A stretch of 64,000 nt of DNA, from assembly GCA_963662715.1 (NCBI GenBank), contig OY759724.1, positions 2,714,662 through 2,778,661 on the forward strand. The letters are read 5' to 3'. Shown here in pieces: positions 9,338 to 18,300 of the stretch; within the stretch, counting starts at the first letter, position 1, and every line of letters begins with the position of its first letter. The translations under genes were made by a program, and so were the position numbers. The stretch is from Candidatus Omnitrophota bacterium. Its GTDB lineage: Bacteria; Omnitrophota; Gorgyraeia; Zapsychrales; JANLHA01. The notes below the pieces were generated by a model, which saw nothing but the letters and a program-made list of their open reading frames with translations, had not been told where the DNA came from and did no database searches.

Positions 9338-10330
9338 ATGATGGTAAATCACGATAAGCAGGAAAGAGAGGCTGTCTCCATGAATAACATTGATCAAAAA
9401 TATACTGCCGCCCCAAGAGGGATTCCTAAACTTGTGGGGATCGGCATTTGTATGGGCGCGGCCAATATTATCCCCGGAGTATCGGGGGGAACCATCGCCT
9501 TTATCTTTGGAATATATGCGGACCTGATCAGGGCTATTAAGCTTTTTGATTTTGAAGTGTTGAAAATGGCTTGCCGGCGACAATGGAAAAAGTTGTTGGA
9601 TTATTTTCCCTGGAGATTCCTGGCGGCGATTCTCTCCGGAGTGGTCCTGGCGATATTTTCTTTTGCCAAATTGATGAGCTGGCTGCTGCAGTATCAGCCG
9701 GTCCCGACTTTCGCCTTTTTCTTCGGCCTGATTCTGGCCACCGCTCCGGTTATCGGCCGGACGATTAAACAATGGAATCCGTCTGTTGTGGCCCTGGGCA
9801 TCATTTCAACCATCGGTATGTATTTTTTTGTCGGCATGGTTCCGGTGAACACTCCGGATTCCTTGTGGTTCCTTTTCCTCTGCGGGGCCATTGCGGTCAG
9901 CACCATGATTTTACCCGGGATATCGGGATCTTTTGTCTTGGTGATCCTGGGGAAATATCAATATATCATAGACTGCATTTCACACAGAGATATTGTCCCG
10001 TTGGGGGTTGTGGCTTTGGGCTGTGCCGTGGGAATACTCATTTTTATCCGTATCCTGAACTGGCTGCTGAACCGTTACCATGATCAGACATTGGTCGTCC
10101 TGGCGGGCATGGTTTTGGGGTCTCTGCGTAAGGTGTGGCCCTGGAAGGAAACGCTTAAAGTCACGGTATCCAGTAAGGGTAAAATCATCCCCATTGAGCA
10201 AATCAACCAGCTCCCCGCTGAATTTTCTCCGGAGGTCGTACTCGCTGTTATTCTTTTCGTGCTGGGCCTGCTCCTCGCCTGGAACCTGGGCGGGCGTTCG
10301 GAATCTCAGAATCTGCAGACAGAGGAGTAA
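9338..10330 (+). CDS. DUF368-family polytopic membrane protein (family recently linked to undecaprenyl-phosphate translocation); the start may be the ATG at 9380
   Basis: Two repeated PG[VI]S[GR]xG motifs (IPGVSGGTIAFIFG, LPGISGSFVLVILG); ~8 predicted TM helices. Confidence 0.55.
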   Translation: MMVNHDKQEREAVSMNNIDQKYTAAPRGIPKLVGIGICMGAANIIPGVSGGTIAFIFGIYADLIRAIKLFDFEVLKMACRRQWKKLLDYFPWRFLAAILSGVVLAIFSFAKLMSWLLQYQPVPTFAFFFGLILATAPVIGRTIKQWNPSVVALGIISTIGMYFFVGMVPVNTPDSLWFLFLCGAIAVSTMILPGISGSFVLVILGKYQYIIDCISHRDIVPLGVVALGCAVGILIFIRILNWLLNRYHDQTLVVLAGMVLGSLRKVWPWKETLKVTVSSKGKIIPIEQINQLPAEFSPEVVLAVILFVLGLLLAWNLGGRSESQNLQTEE

Positions 10331-10464
10331 TCCCTGTCTTTCCTGTTTGTTAAAGTTTTTTTTTGTGCTTCAATGAGGCGTTTTGGGGAGAATTTGCCGT
10401 TTTTCCGCGTTCTGCCAGCGTCCCCCGGGAAAAAGATTGAGTCTGTCCGGGGCCGTCCGTCATT

Positions 10465-11235
10465 TTAGGGGGCGAGATGCTGTGCGATCCCTTTTAGCAG
10501 AGTTCCCGCTTTTTGCGAAGCTTTCTGGATTTTTATTTTGTCAAGCACAGACCAGGCGCGATGAGCGTGCTTGACGTTAAGGATGTCCGTTACATAAAGA
10601 AGGGCGGCGGCTTTTTTTTGGGTTACGGTTGCTGCCTGAAAAAGGGCTGCGGTTTCCATATCAAGAATGTTGATTTTGTGGCGTTCGAAATATCCGGAAT
10701 ATTCCGGCTCCAGGGCGAAAGAGGCGAAACTGCAACAGGCTTCGACGGAGCGGACCTGTCCTTGGGAAAGCCGAAACGTGAGGTCTAACAATTCATTATC
10801 CGCCGGAAAGAAAGCCGGCGGGATTGTCTGCCGGGATAACGTCTGGGAGAAGGAATCTACGGCATAGCTGCCCCGCGGCGTTGTTAGTTGGCCGATATCC
10901 AAATGATCCTGCCCGGCCCCGGTCGCTCCGCAGGCGCCTAATAAAACCAGATACTGACAGGGGCTGTCTTCCAAATAAAGGACCGCATCCCCCAGGAACG
11001 TTGCGCCCATGCGTGTATGAATGAGCGATAAATGCTCGCTGTTCCCGGAGGCGTATATTGTCCCTTTTCGCAATTTTGGCACCCCCAGGACCTTTAAAAG
11101 TTGCTGGTCATAAAACGGCGCCAGGACACAAAATTTTTTTATGTCTGTATTTTTTTGCCCGAAAAGTTGCTTGAACGATATCATATGCTCCTGGTTCTTC
11201 CTGAAGTCCTGCTGACTACCTTTTGCTTTTATCAA
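10465..11235 (-). CDS. Nucleoside phosphorylase superfamily (PNP_UDP_1) protein, MTA/SAH-nucleosidase or futalosine-hydrolase-like
   Basis: DMETAALF motif typical of PNP/MTAN active-site region; GACGATGAG glycine-rich stretch; ~256 aa. Confidence 0.6.
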   Translation of the reverse strand: MIKAKGSQQDFRKNQEHMISFKQLFGQKNTDIKKFCVLAPFYDQQLLKVLGVPKLRKGTIYASGNSEHLSLIHTRMGATFLGDAVLYLEDSPCQYLVLLGACGATGAGQDHLDIGQLTTPRGSYAVDSFSQTLSRQTIPPAFFPADNELLDLTFRLSQGQVRSVEACCSFASFALEPEYSGYFERHKINILDMETAALFQAATVTQKKAAALLYVTDILNVKHAHRAWSVLDKIKIQKASQKAGTLLKGIAQHLAP

Positions 11236-11293
11236 AGCAGTTGTGATAGAATAGCGTCATTATATCATAGTCTTTAAATTATTACCGGGTCTT

Positions 11294-12214
11294 ATGGAAT
11301 ATAAAAGAATACCGCAAATGGATTTTGAAATGTCAGCGCTGTCCCTGGGAACATGGGTGTACGGGGGGGACGGCTGGGGGGAAACTTCGGACAAGGAGAG
11401 CCAGGATGCGATAAGAACAGCCTTGGATATGGGGGTGAACACGATTGATACGGCTCCGGTATATGGCCAGGGACGAGCCGAAACCTTAGTCGGAGAAGCG
11501 GTCAAGAAACAAAGGCACCGGTGTTTTTTGGCCACAAAATGCGGGCTGGTGATGCAGGGGAAAAAAATCGCGCTGAATCTTAAAGGCCCTTCGGTCCGTG
11601 CGGAATTGGAGCATTCTTTGCGTCGCCTGCAGACGGATTATATTGATCTTTATCAGTGCCATTGGCCTGACCCCCGAACCCCGGTTGAAGAGACGATGCA
11701 CACCTTAAACGCTTTGAAGCAGGAAGGCAAGATCCGTTATATCGGTATTTCTAATTTTCCCCTGCCGCTTTTGCAGGAATCCCTGTCATACGCCGCTGTT
11801 ATGTCCGTCCAGAATCAATATTCCCTTTTAGACCGAAGGATAGAGGAAGGCCTGTTGCCTTTTTGCCGTCAGCAACAACTGGCGGTTTTGACATACGGAT
11901 CATTAGCCGGAGGGATATTAACCGGAAAATATCAGGTTCCGCCAGACTTCCAGAAGTCGGATGTCAGAAGGTTTTTCTACCGGTATTATGAGGGGAGGAC
12001 TTTTGAGAGGATATGCTCCCTTATGAACAGTTATCAGGATTTGAAAAGACCCTGGAATGAAATTGCCCTTAACTGGGCGCGGCAACAAAAAGGCGTAACG
12101 AGCGTCATTGTGGGCTGCCGTTCTCCACGACAGGTCCGGGAGAATATAAAAAGTTTGTCCTGGGATTTGTCCGAGGATGAACTGGCGCGCCTGAATTCAA
12201 CGGAATTTTTATGA
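11294..12214 (+). CDS. Aldo/keto reductase family oxidoreductase
   Basis: N-terminal LSLGTWVYGG...DTAPVYGQGRAETLVGEA AKR signature; ~306 aa. Confidence 0.85.
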   Translation: MEYKRIPQMDFEMSALSLGTWVYGGDGWGETSDKESQDAIRTALDMGVNTIDTAPVYGQGRAETLVGEAVKKQRHRCFLATKCGLVMQGKKIALNLKGPSVRAELEHSLRRLQTDYIDLYQCHWPDPRTPVEETMHTLNALKQEGKIRYIGISNFPLPLLQESLSYAAVMSVQNQYSLLDRRIEEGLLPFCRQQQLAVLTYGSLAGGILTGKYQVPPDFQKSDVRRFFYRYYEGRTFERICSLMNSYQDLKRPWNEIALNWARQQKGVTSVIVGCRSPRQVRENIKSLSWDLSEDELARLNSTEFL

Positions 12215-13572
12215 GTGTGAATATCCGACAAGTGGAGGTTTTTGCTGAACAAACCTTTCCTGATTTCGGAGTTAATAAGAGACGGGAGATTATAAGGCTT
12301 TTATATGAGATTGCCAAAAGGGAAGGATGTGCCGTGGAGACGATCCTACACGAGGACCTCCGGAGGACAAGGTCTTTCCGTGCGGTAAAGTCCTATCTTC
12401 TGAAACGCCGCTACCCCGGAACCACGCCGGGTGAGAGGGGGGGGCATCATCGCTTTTTAAAGGTCACGGCGCCTTGTGCCGCAGCTCTCCCGGAGAGTGA
12501 CGTCAGGGATTTGTCTCCCGAAATAATATCTGTTGAGGAAGAGTTGCTTGATCATCCGTTTGTCATGCGGATGCGGCAGACTTTTCGGGATGCTGAATTC
12601 CGGGGCATGGCTTCATACAGGGATGAGATAAGGAGGCGTGCTGTTTTCGGGGAACAGGATTACAATGAGCGGAACAGCCATTTTTTTATTGTAAAAGAAC
12701 GATTTCAATTCTGGCTCGATTGCCCTTGTTCCGCAAAATCCGTTCCTTGCGGATACACGATCCTCAACCTCGGACAGGGCTGTCCCTTTAACTGTTCCTA
12801 CTGTTTTCTGCAGGGCTATGTGAATTCTCCGGGACTGGTTTTCCCCGTCAATACGGATGATTTCTTTAAGGCCTTGGAAGAGCACGGGGGGCCCTGGCGT
12901 ATCGGGACAGGACAGTTTACGGACTCACTGGCGCTGGATCATCTGACGCGGTATTCGTTGGGCATCATAGATTTTATGCGTAAGCGCCCGGATTGGGTCT
13001 TTGAATTTAAAACGAAAAGTGATAATATAGATCGGCTGTTGACTGTCGAAGCCCCGGCCAATGTGTTTGTCGGCTGGTCGTTAAATCCGGAAGAGTTTGT
13101 CCGGGAAAATGAAAAGGGGACGGTGTCCCTGGCCAGGAGGATAAAAGCCGCGCGTGCCTGCGCCCGGCAGGGATATAAGCTGACCTTTCATTTTGATCCC
13201 ATTGTTTTTTTTCGGGGATGGGAGGAGGAGTATAAGAGGGTGATCGATTTGCTTTTTGACAAGATTGCTCCTGACCGGATAGCCTGGATCAGTTTGGGGT
13301 GTCTGCGTATGACCCCGAGGTTAAAACAGGCTGTCGAGACCCGTTTCCCTGATTCTTCGATATTGGACGGTATTCTTGTCCCGGGCTTTGACGGGAAATT
13401 AAGGTATCCCCGTTCCCGGAGGATGGAGATTTATAGGTTGATGTTGCATTGGATTCGCGAAAAGGCGGAAAGGGTCCCGGTTTATTTATGTATGGAAGAG
13501 CCGGATTTGTGGATGATCCCCGGCCTGGAGAAGAATTTAAACAAATATATTTTGAGTCAGGATTATGAATAA
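12211..13572 (+). CDS. Radical SAM protein of the spore-photoproduct-lyase (SPL) family with ~170-aa N-terminal extension
   Basis: CPFNCSYCFLQGY (CX3CX2C followed by aromatic, as in SplB); 4-nt overlap (ATGA) with the upstream AKR gene. Confidence 0.55.
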   Translation: MSVNIRQVEVFAEQTFPDFGVNKRREIIRLLYEIAKREGCAVETILHEDLRRTRSFRAVKSYLLKRRYPGTTPGERGGHHRFLKVTAPCAAALPESDVRDLSPEIISVEEELLDHPFVMRMRQTFRDAEFRGMASYRDEIRRRAVFGEQDYNERNSHFFIVKERFQFWLDCPCSAKSVPCGYTILNLGQGCPFNCSYCFLQGYVNSPGLVFPVNTDDFFKALEEHGGPWRIGTGQFTDSLALDHLTRYSLGIIDFMRKRPDWVFEFKTKSDNIDRLLTVEAPANVFVGWSLNPEEFVRENEKGTVSLARRIKAARACARQGYKLTFHFDPIVFFRGWEEEYKRVIDLLFDKIAPDRIAWISLGCLRMTPRLKQAVETRFPDSSILDGILVPGFDGKLRYPRSRRMEIYRLMLHWIREKAERVPVYLCMEEPDLWMIPGLEKNLNKYILSQDYE

Positions 13573-14455
13573 TAAGCCGAAAATGTGTGTTGAATGTCTT
13601 GAATTGGTTGAAGTCGGGCGGGCTGTTGGTGATCTTGCCAGGGCGCTTCTGCAGGAAATTAATAATAAAAATATCAAGTTATTTGATCTCCCGGCGCATA
13701 AGAGAATTTTTTTGTTTATTTTGACCCGGGCTATTAAGACTTTTACTGCCATTGAAGTTTTATGTCTTCAGGGATTCGGGCAGGATGTCGCCGCCCTTAT
13801 CCGGAGTCTGCTGGAAAATTTGATCACGGCCCAGTATATTATTTTTGACGAAAAGACAGCGGATCATATGGCGAAGCGATTTGTCGAATATAAATGGGTG
13901 ATATTCAAGCGTTCCCTGGCGGAGGAGGAACGGGGGTTGCGTCGTTCTGCTGACGAGGAGAAGGTAGAGTTTAACGAGAAGAAGGAATTGATTCTTAAGC
14001 ATGTGGAAGAGTTTAAAAAGAGATATGACATCAAATCCGACCGGGCTTTGATAACTTGGTCAGGTAAAACCGTCAAGGACATGGCTCGGCAGGTCAGTAA
14101 AGAATTGTACGACGAGTATGAGTCAACCTTCAGGAGATGCTCTAGATTTTCTCACCCCACAATATTAGGCGATAAAGAATACATCGTGCAGGATCAAAGA
14201 TCCTTGACGTTTTCTCCCAGGCCGTCTGCTGTCGGCGTGGACATGAACTATCAGGCAGGCATCCGTTATTTTATGGCTTATCTTGATTTGGTGAATAATT
14301 TATTTAAATTGCAGTTCGCTGAAGACCTCAGCGCCCTCCGGAAGAAATTCCAGGATGTTCAGGATCTGCTGAACAAAAAAAACTCCGCGGTATCTCCCCG
14401 AGAAGAATCCCGCGCGACGAATATTCGAGAAGTAAATATATATTTTGATTATTAA
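13565..14455 (+). CDS. Hypothetical protein, AT-rich gene translationally coupled to the radical SAM gene
   Basis: ORF overlaps the stop of the upstream gene by 8 nt; markedly lower GC than flanking genes; no recognised motif. Confidence 0.45.
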   Translation: MNNKPKMCVECLELVEVGRAVGDLARALLQEINNKNIKLFDLPAHKRIFLFILTRAIKTFTAIEVLCLQGFGQDVAALIRSLLENLITAQYIIFDEKTADHMAKRFVEYKWVIFKRSLAEEERGLRRSADEEKVEFNEKKELILKHVEEFKKRYDIKSDRALITWSGKTVKDMARQVSKELYDEYESTFRRCSRFSHPTILGDKEYIVQDQRSLTFSPRPSAVGVDMNYQAGIRYFMAYLDLVNNLFKLQFAEDLSALRKKFQDVQDLLNKKNSAVSPREESRATNIREVNIYFDY

Positions 14456-14602
14456 AGATGACTCTTTAATGATTGTCATAGTGTTTCCGGGTTTGTCCTT
14501 GTCCAAGGTTGTCCGGCTCTGTCATGTTGACAATTTTATCAAAATGCATTAAAAAGTGTGAGGCTAAAACTTCAAAACCGTAACAATGCAGAAGGGATAA
14601 GC

Positions 14603-15457
14603 ATGAATTTCAATACGTTACTGGGGTACTTTGAAGAAGCGCAAGGATTCAAACATATTCAAGAGGTTATTTGTATCCTGTGCGGAGCCTCTTTGGAAAT
14701 CCGATCTTTGGACGGCCGGATTTTTAAATGCAACTTTTCCCCCTCTCTGAGTAAAAAATCCTATGAAAGCAAAGCAGATTTTCATGTCGATTGCCAGCAC
14801 CGCTCGGAAGCGTGCAAGTGTCTTGTTTCAAATATAATAGAGAAGGCAACGATTTCCGGCCAGACCCAGATCAATAAATGTCAGGCCGGCCTCACGCAGA
14901 TATTATTGCCCATTCATATCAGAAAGGAAATCGTCGGTTATCTCATCGTCCTTGAAAATCAGTTCTTCCGACTCAGCTATGTGCAGATCAAAGCGATTAT
15001 TAATCTGCTGGAGAATTTTATCAAGGATATTCAGGCTGAGCTCGACCTGTTCCCGAATTTAAAGAAAGACAACCTGAGTTATCAGCAAATGATCGTTCAC
15101 AAGGTTGTGCAGTATATTAGCGAACATTATCATCAGCCGGAACTTACTCTTAAACAGGTTTCGGAGGCCAACGGCATCAGTTATCATTATTTAAGCCGTT
15201 TAATCAAAAAGGTCCTGAAAACGACCTTTTCTCAGTATTTGAATCAAACGAGGCTGGAAGTCGCTTCGCGTCTTCTGCAGAACCGCAGTTTGTCGGTCAG
15301 TGAGATCGCCTATACCTGCGGTTACGAAGATCCGGGATATTTTTGCAAGCTATTCAAAAGAATGTACGGGAAATCCCCCGGGATATTCCGGCTGAATCCT
15401 CCCAATAGAATCTCTTCTCCCAAGGTAAAACAGAGACTGTTTCCGGCCAGATCCTGA
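14603..15457 (+). CDS. AraC-family transcriptional regulator with N-terminal sensory (PocR-like) domain
   Basis: C-terminal AraC HTH (SQYLNQTRLEVASRLLQN...GYEDPGYFCKLFKRMYGKSP); ATG at 14603 with AAGGGA SD preferred over the upstream GTG at 14558. Confidence 0.75.
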   Translation: MNFNTLLGYFEEAQGFKHIQEVICILCGASLEIRSLDGRIFKCNFSPSLSKKSYESKADFHVDCQHRSEACKCLVSNIIEKATISGQTQINKCQAGLTQILLPIHIRKEIVGYLIVLENQFFRLSYVQIKAIINLLENFIKDIQAELDLFPNLKKDNLSYQQMIVHKVVQYISEHYHQPELTLKQVSEANGISYHYLSRLIKKVLKTTFSQYLNQTRLEVASRLLQNRSLSVSEIAYTCGYEDPGYFCKLFKRMYGKSPGIFRLNPPNRISSPKVKQRLFPARS

Positions 15458-15881
15458 TCAATTGCTTTTCCTGCAGGGTTTTTTCCTTACTTTAGACCTG
15501 TTTTCCTTCACTAAGATTATGAATAATGGCGTTTATTCGAGAGAAATGAGTCAATAGCAAATATTTCCCATAAATGAGCAAATGCGTCCATTGAATAAAT
15601 TTTAAAAGATGATATCCTTTTTTGGGTTATTAAATAGGACTTCAGACAATATGAAAAATTCCAAAAGCACATATAAACCAAACGCTGGCCCGGACGTCAC
15701 ATGCTCCGTCGTGATGCCGGGTTTTTATTTTGTTTTTAAAGCTGAAAGGAGGTGAGTTAAAACCGCTGTATTTTTTTAGGAGAAATTTTTAACGATTAAT
15801 TAAGAAGTAAATTGAAGGAAAAAGGGTTAATGAAGGACAGCATCGAGTTCTTCGCCCTCTATTGTCAAAGTGAGGAATGAA

Positions 15882-18218
15882 ATGAAAAAATTATTAATTT
15901 GGATTTTAGCAATAGCTTTTGCAGCATATCCGGTGGCCGGTTATGCCGAAAGCATCGCTCTTTCTGATTCAGAAATGGATGAGATTGCAGCGGGTGAATG
16001 GGTGGTTCTTGCTGAAGGCGAAACTGTTGAAGATGTTTTTTTCAGCCAGAACGAACTCCAGTCCACTGACGGTTCCCTGAATGAAGTGTCAGGTTTGAGC
16101 GTTGTAAACAGTGTTGACAGTGCGGTTGCCGTGCAGGCTAACGTCGGCAATTCCGAAGATTTGGCGGAAGTTGAAGCCAATCAGGCCAACGAAGCCAACG
16201 TGCTCAACATGAATCCTTCGGTTGACAACTCAACTTCGAACACGGTCACCAACATCACTGAGCAGGATCAAGTGAATGCCTGGTCCAAAGAGACATCGAC
16301 AACGGTCACTTTCTCTCATGAAGATGAAAACAATACCCAGATTTACGACAATGAGCAGTCATCTTCAGCCAACAGCTCTTCCGAATCCACATCAGCGACT
16401 TTAGATGCATCCGCTTCCGGATCTGCCTCATCTCAGGAAGAGCAGTCTGGTTCAACAACAGACTCAACTCTAAACGAAAATCATACAGCCAACACAGATA
16501 ACACGGCTTTCCAGTATGACTATTCGGATGACACAACTTTTGATCTGGATGCTCAAGAGCAAGATTCATCTGCTTCTACGGCTGACACTCAAGAAGAAGA
16601 GTCCACATCGGCCAGTTTAGATGTGCAGGCCGATTATTCTGACAGTGCTGCTGAACAGTCAGAAGAGTCCACATCAGCGAGTTTAGATACACAAGCTGAT
16701 TATGCTAACAGTTCTGCTGAACAATCAGAAGAGTCCACATCAGCCGGTTTAGACGTGCAGGCCGATTATTCTGACAGTGCTGCTGAACAATCAGAAGAAT
16801 CCACATCAGCTAGCTTGGATACTCAATCCGAATATTCTGACAGTTCTGCTTTTGACGCCAACGCCAGTCAATCAGCGCAGGCTGAAAGCAGCTCCCAATC
16901 AGAAGACAGCACATCAGCAACTTTGGATGCCAACCTGTCCGCTTCCGAAAGTGCATCAGAGCAGGCTGCAGCCGAAGACGCGACATCAGCTTCCTTGAAC
17001 GCTGATGCGCAGTATTCTGACAGCGCAACAACGGATTCCACAACTGATTTTTCAGCGACTGAAGGAGAAACAACAGCAAGTTCACAAAGTGTTGACGGAA
17101 CTTATAATCAGACCACAGACACTTGCGCAGATTGTGACACCTCCACAACGACTTTTGAGGGAACAGCTGCCACAAGTGACTATTCTGACAGCAAAGATTA
17201 CACCGCGGGCACAACAGCCGGTACAACGGAAAACACAGATGCTTCTGGTTCGCTTGCCGGGACATATGATGCTTCTTCGGCAGAGTCCAGTTCAGCAGAG
17301 TCCAGCAGTGAAGCCTCAGGTGGGTTAAATGCCACTTATGATGATTCTTCTTCTGAATCCGCGAGCGAAGCTTCTTCTTCAGATGCTTCAGGATCAGTTG
17401 CTGCGTCTAATGACACAACAGCATCAGGTTCTTTGAATGCCGCTTATGATGATTCAGCTTCTTCATCTTCTTCAGAAGACACAACAGCGTCAGGTTCTTT
17501 GAATGCTTCCTACGATGATTCAGCTTCTTCTGCTGCTTCAGAAGACACGACAGCGTCCAATTCTTTGAACGCCGCCTACGATGATTCAGCTTCTTCATCT
17601 TCTTCAGAAGACACAACAGCATCAGGTTCTTTGAATGCTTCCTATGATGATTCTTCTTCCGCATCTACTTCCGAAGCCGAATCATCTGATTCTTCATCAA
17701 GCTTGGTTGTCGGTTACACAGATGCTGATTCAGAATCTGTTGCTGCTTCTCATGATGTTGCTGCATCCACAGATAATATCAACACCACAGACCATGCTGA
17801 TGAACACAGCTCATCATCATCAAACAGTTTCGAAGCTGAAGGCGCTTTATCTACATCTTTTGATCATGAAGAAGAGCAGGCCTCCGAATCAGCAGAAGCC
17901 CGCAACAATGATGAATTCAAAGATGAATACGAAAAGACGGAAGTGTCTTTTGAGACAAAAGATACTGAAGCAACAACTAATGATGCTTCTCAGGTTCTCA
18001 CCAACATCACTGAAACGAAAAACACAGATCGCAAGAACAAGAGTGAAAAGAATGTGTTGATCATTTCCGGTTCATCACAGTCCGGAGTCAGCTCGTTGAG
18101 CACAGTGAATGCTGTTGGTTCAGCTGTTGCCGTTCAGTCCAACGTTATTAATGCCACAGGCAGTTTGACTGGTTCTATCAACCAATCAAATATTGCGAAT
18201 GTGACAAACGGTCTTTAA
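15882..18218 (+). CDS. Secreted highly acidic Ser/Asp/Thr-rich repeat protein with N/Q/V/A-rich curli/Fap-like terminal repeats (candidate major fibre subunit)
   Basis: Signal peptide ...PVAGYA; N-terminal LSVVNSVDSAVAVQANVGNS...NQANEANVLN and C-terminal LSTVNAVGSAVAVQSNVINATG...NQSNIANVTNGL repeats; ~600-aa low-complexity acidic middle; ATG at 15882 preceded by GAGGAA. Confidence 0.6.
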   Translation: MKKLLIWILAIAFAAYPVAGYAESIALSDSEMDEIAAGEWVVLAEGETVEDVFFSQNELQSTDGSLNEVSGLSVVNSVDSAVAVQANVGNSEDLAEVEANQANEANVLNMNPSVDNSTSNTVTNITEQDQVNAWSKETSTTVTFSHEDENNTQIYDNEQSSSANSSSESTSATLDASASGSASSQEEQSGSTTDSTLNENHTANTDNTAFQYDYSDDTTFDLDAQEQDSSASTADTQEEESTSASLDVQADYSDSAAEQSEESTSASLDTQADYANSSAEQSEESTSAGLDVQADYSDSAAEQSEESTSASLDTQSEYSDSSAFDANASQSAQAESSSQSEDSTSATLDANLSASESASEQAAAEDATSASLNADAQYSDSATTDSTTDFSATEGETTASSQSVDGTYNQTTDTCADCDTSTTTFEGTAATSDYSDSKDYTAGTTAGTTENTDASGSLAGTYDASSAESSSAESSSEASGGLNATYDDSSSESASEASSSDASGSVAASNDTTASGSLNAAYDDSASSSSSEDTTASGSLNASYDDSASSAASEDTTASNSLNAAYDDSASSSSSEDTTASGSLNASYDDSSSASTSEAESSDSSSSLVVGYTDADSESVAASHDVAASTDNINTTDHADEHSSSSSNSFEAEGALSTSFDHEEEQASESAEARNNDEFKDEYEKTEVSFETKDTEATTNDASQVLTNITETKNTDRKNKSEKNVLIISGSSQSGVSSLSTVNAVGSAVAVQSNVINATGSLTGSINQSNIANVTNGL
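16590..16860 (+). repeat. Tandem array, 4 near-identical 66-bp units (22-aa EESTSASLDVQADYSDSAAEQS) plus a degenerate fifth
   Basis: Unit motif GAGTCCACATC recurs at 16599, 16665, 16731 and 16797 (period 66). Confidence 0.85.
17412..17675 (+). repeat. Tandem array, 4 x 66-bp units (22-aa DTTASGSLNAAYDDSASSSSSE); units 1/3 and 2/4 are pairwise most similar (132-bp higher-order repeat)
   Basis: GACACAACA/GACACGACA recur at 17412, 17478, 17544 and 17610. Confidence 0.85.
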
Positions 18219-18229
18219 TAAGTAATAAA

Positions 18230-18281
18230 AGGGTTGGGGGGAGGCATCTCCCCTCAACCCTGATTTTAAATGATGGTTTTT
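18230..18281 (+). terminator. Intrinsic terminator-like hairpin (12-bp G/C-rich stem incl. one G-U) followed by T-rich tract; candidate partial terminator or attenuator after the major subunit gene
   Basis: aGGGTTGGGGGg aggcatct CCCCTCAACCCT then GATTTTAAATGATGGTTTTT. Confidence 0.5.
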
Positions 18282-18300
18282 AAAAAGGAGATGGTCTGCG

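Noticed and set aside
9119-9772. 217-aa minus-strand ORF (and 9144..9416) antisense to the DUF368 gene
   Set aside because: Overlaps a well-supported + strand membrane-protein gene almost completely; low-complexity Arg/Gln/Ser-rich translation typical of antisense artefacts; no RBS.
10465-11235. Calling the PNP_UDP_1 protein MqnB (futalosine hydrolase)
   Set aside because: No other menaquinone-futalosine pathway genes (mqnA/C/D/E) are in the window; the nearby radical SAM gene is SPL-like, not MqnC/E; left as a generic nucleosidase/phosphorylase family call.
14558-14602. GTG start extending the AraC regulator by 15 aa
   Set aside because: The ATG at 14603 has a better Shine-Dalgarno (AAGGGA) and the extension adds only a basic, non-conserved-looking peptide.
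16590-17675. Regular direct repeats that could be mistaken for a CRISPR array
   Set aside because: The 66-bp units are contiguous with no spacers, are in-frame codon repeats inside a long ORF, and no cas genes are present.
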